A DNA stretch of 62,846 bases, counting the filler, from Choristocarpus tenellus KU-1152 (Eukaryota; Protista; Phaeophyceae), in assembly GCA_964200185.2 (NCBI GenBank). It is 13 parts of 13 records of this genome, joined end to end, with 100 filler letters (N's around TTAATTAATTAA, not from the genome) between each part and the next. Parts side by side here need not be neighbours in the genome. Positions count along the whole stretch, not along the records: positions 59,755 to 62,846 come from CAXNAD020022378.1; 12 more parts are not named here. The stretch is one strand, 5' to 3'. The notes beneath the pieces were generated by a model. That model did not search any database and had not been told where the DNA came from. It was given only the letters and a program-made list of their open reading frames with translations. This document shows positions 62,636 to 62,846 of this stretch, in pieces; the first letter of the stretch is position 1; every line of letters begins with the position of its first letter. A program made the translations under genes and the position numbers.

Positions 62636-62816
62636 GACCCCAAGTATGTGGGGGGGGGAGGCGGTCTACACCAGGGTGTCCATTTGGACCCAAACCAGGA
62701 AAACTATACCTACATTATCCATTCGACGTATGCAACCAAATCACAAAAAAATCGCGACATGAAAAAATTGACCCCAAATTGACAGCCGCCACCCCCCCCC
62801 CCAGATACTTTGAACC
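62636..62816. mobile_element. MITE family B, TSD TCA
   Basis: gaccccaagtatgtg-G-run...C-run-agatactttgaacc. Confidence 0.9.
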
Positions 62817-62846
62817 TCATCTTGGAGAGACGTATCACCATACCTG

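Noticed and set aside
1-62846. CRISPR, Fanzor/TnpB, viral (NCLDV) or bacterial defence genes
   Set aside because: No repeat-spacer array, RuvC motifs or long intronless ORFs were seen; the longest ORF in the track is 194 aa.

Overview
Repeat-rich eukaryotic nuclear DNA, built from 13 contigs joined by artificial 100-bp linkers (N44-TTAATTAATTAA-N44), so adjacency across linkers is not biological. The intron style, interstitial (CCCTAA)n and transposon content suggest a stramenopile, probably a brown alga (inference). Recognisable spliced genes: CWC2 splicing factor (5 exons), the first exon of the TFIIIC B-box-binding subunit (GTF3C1/TFC3), a 5-exon ankyrin-repeat gene fragment, the 3' end of a coiled-coil gene, and a degenerate tRNA-Asn(GTT). 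Decayed transposons include two Gypsy elements (one with a chromodomain), a Copia gag-protease, a plant-type mariner, a hAT remnant, three RTE LINE fragments and an RLE/CRE-like LINE with a (TAA)n tail. The most striking unexplained structure is a set of three MITE families (about 27 full or partial copies). They share a GRGYCAAAGTA-type terminus and make mixed 3- or 4-bp target duplications. One copy duplicated an exon/intron AG|GT and so forms a precisely spliceable unit. All alignments and translations were done by eye; no database searches were run.
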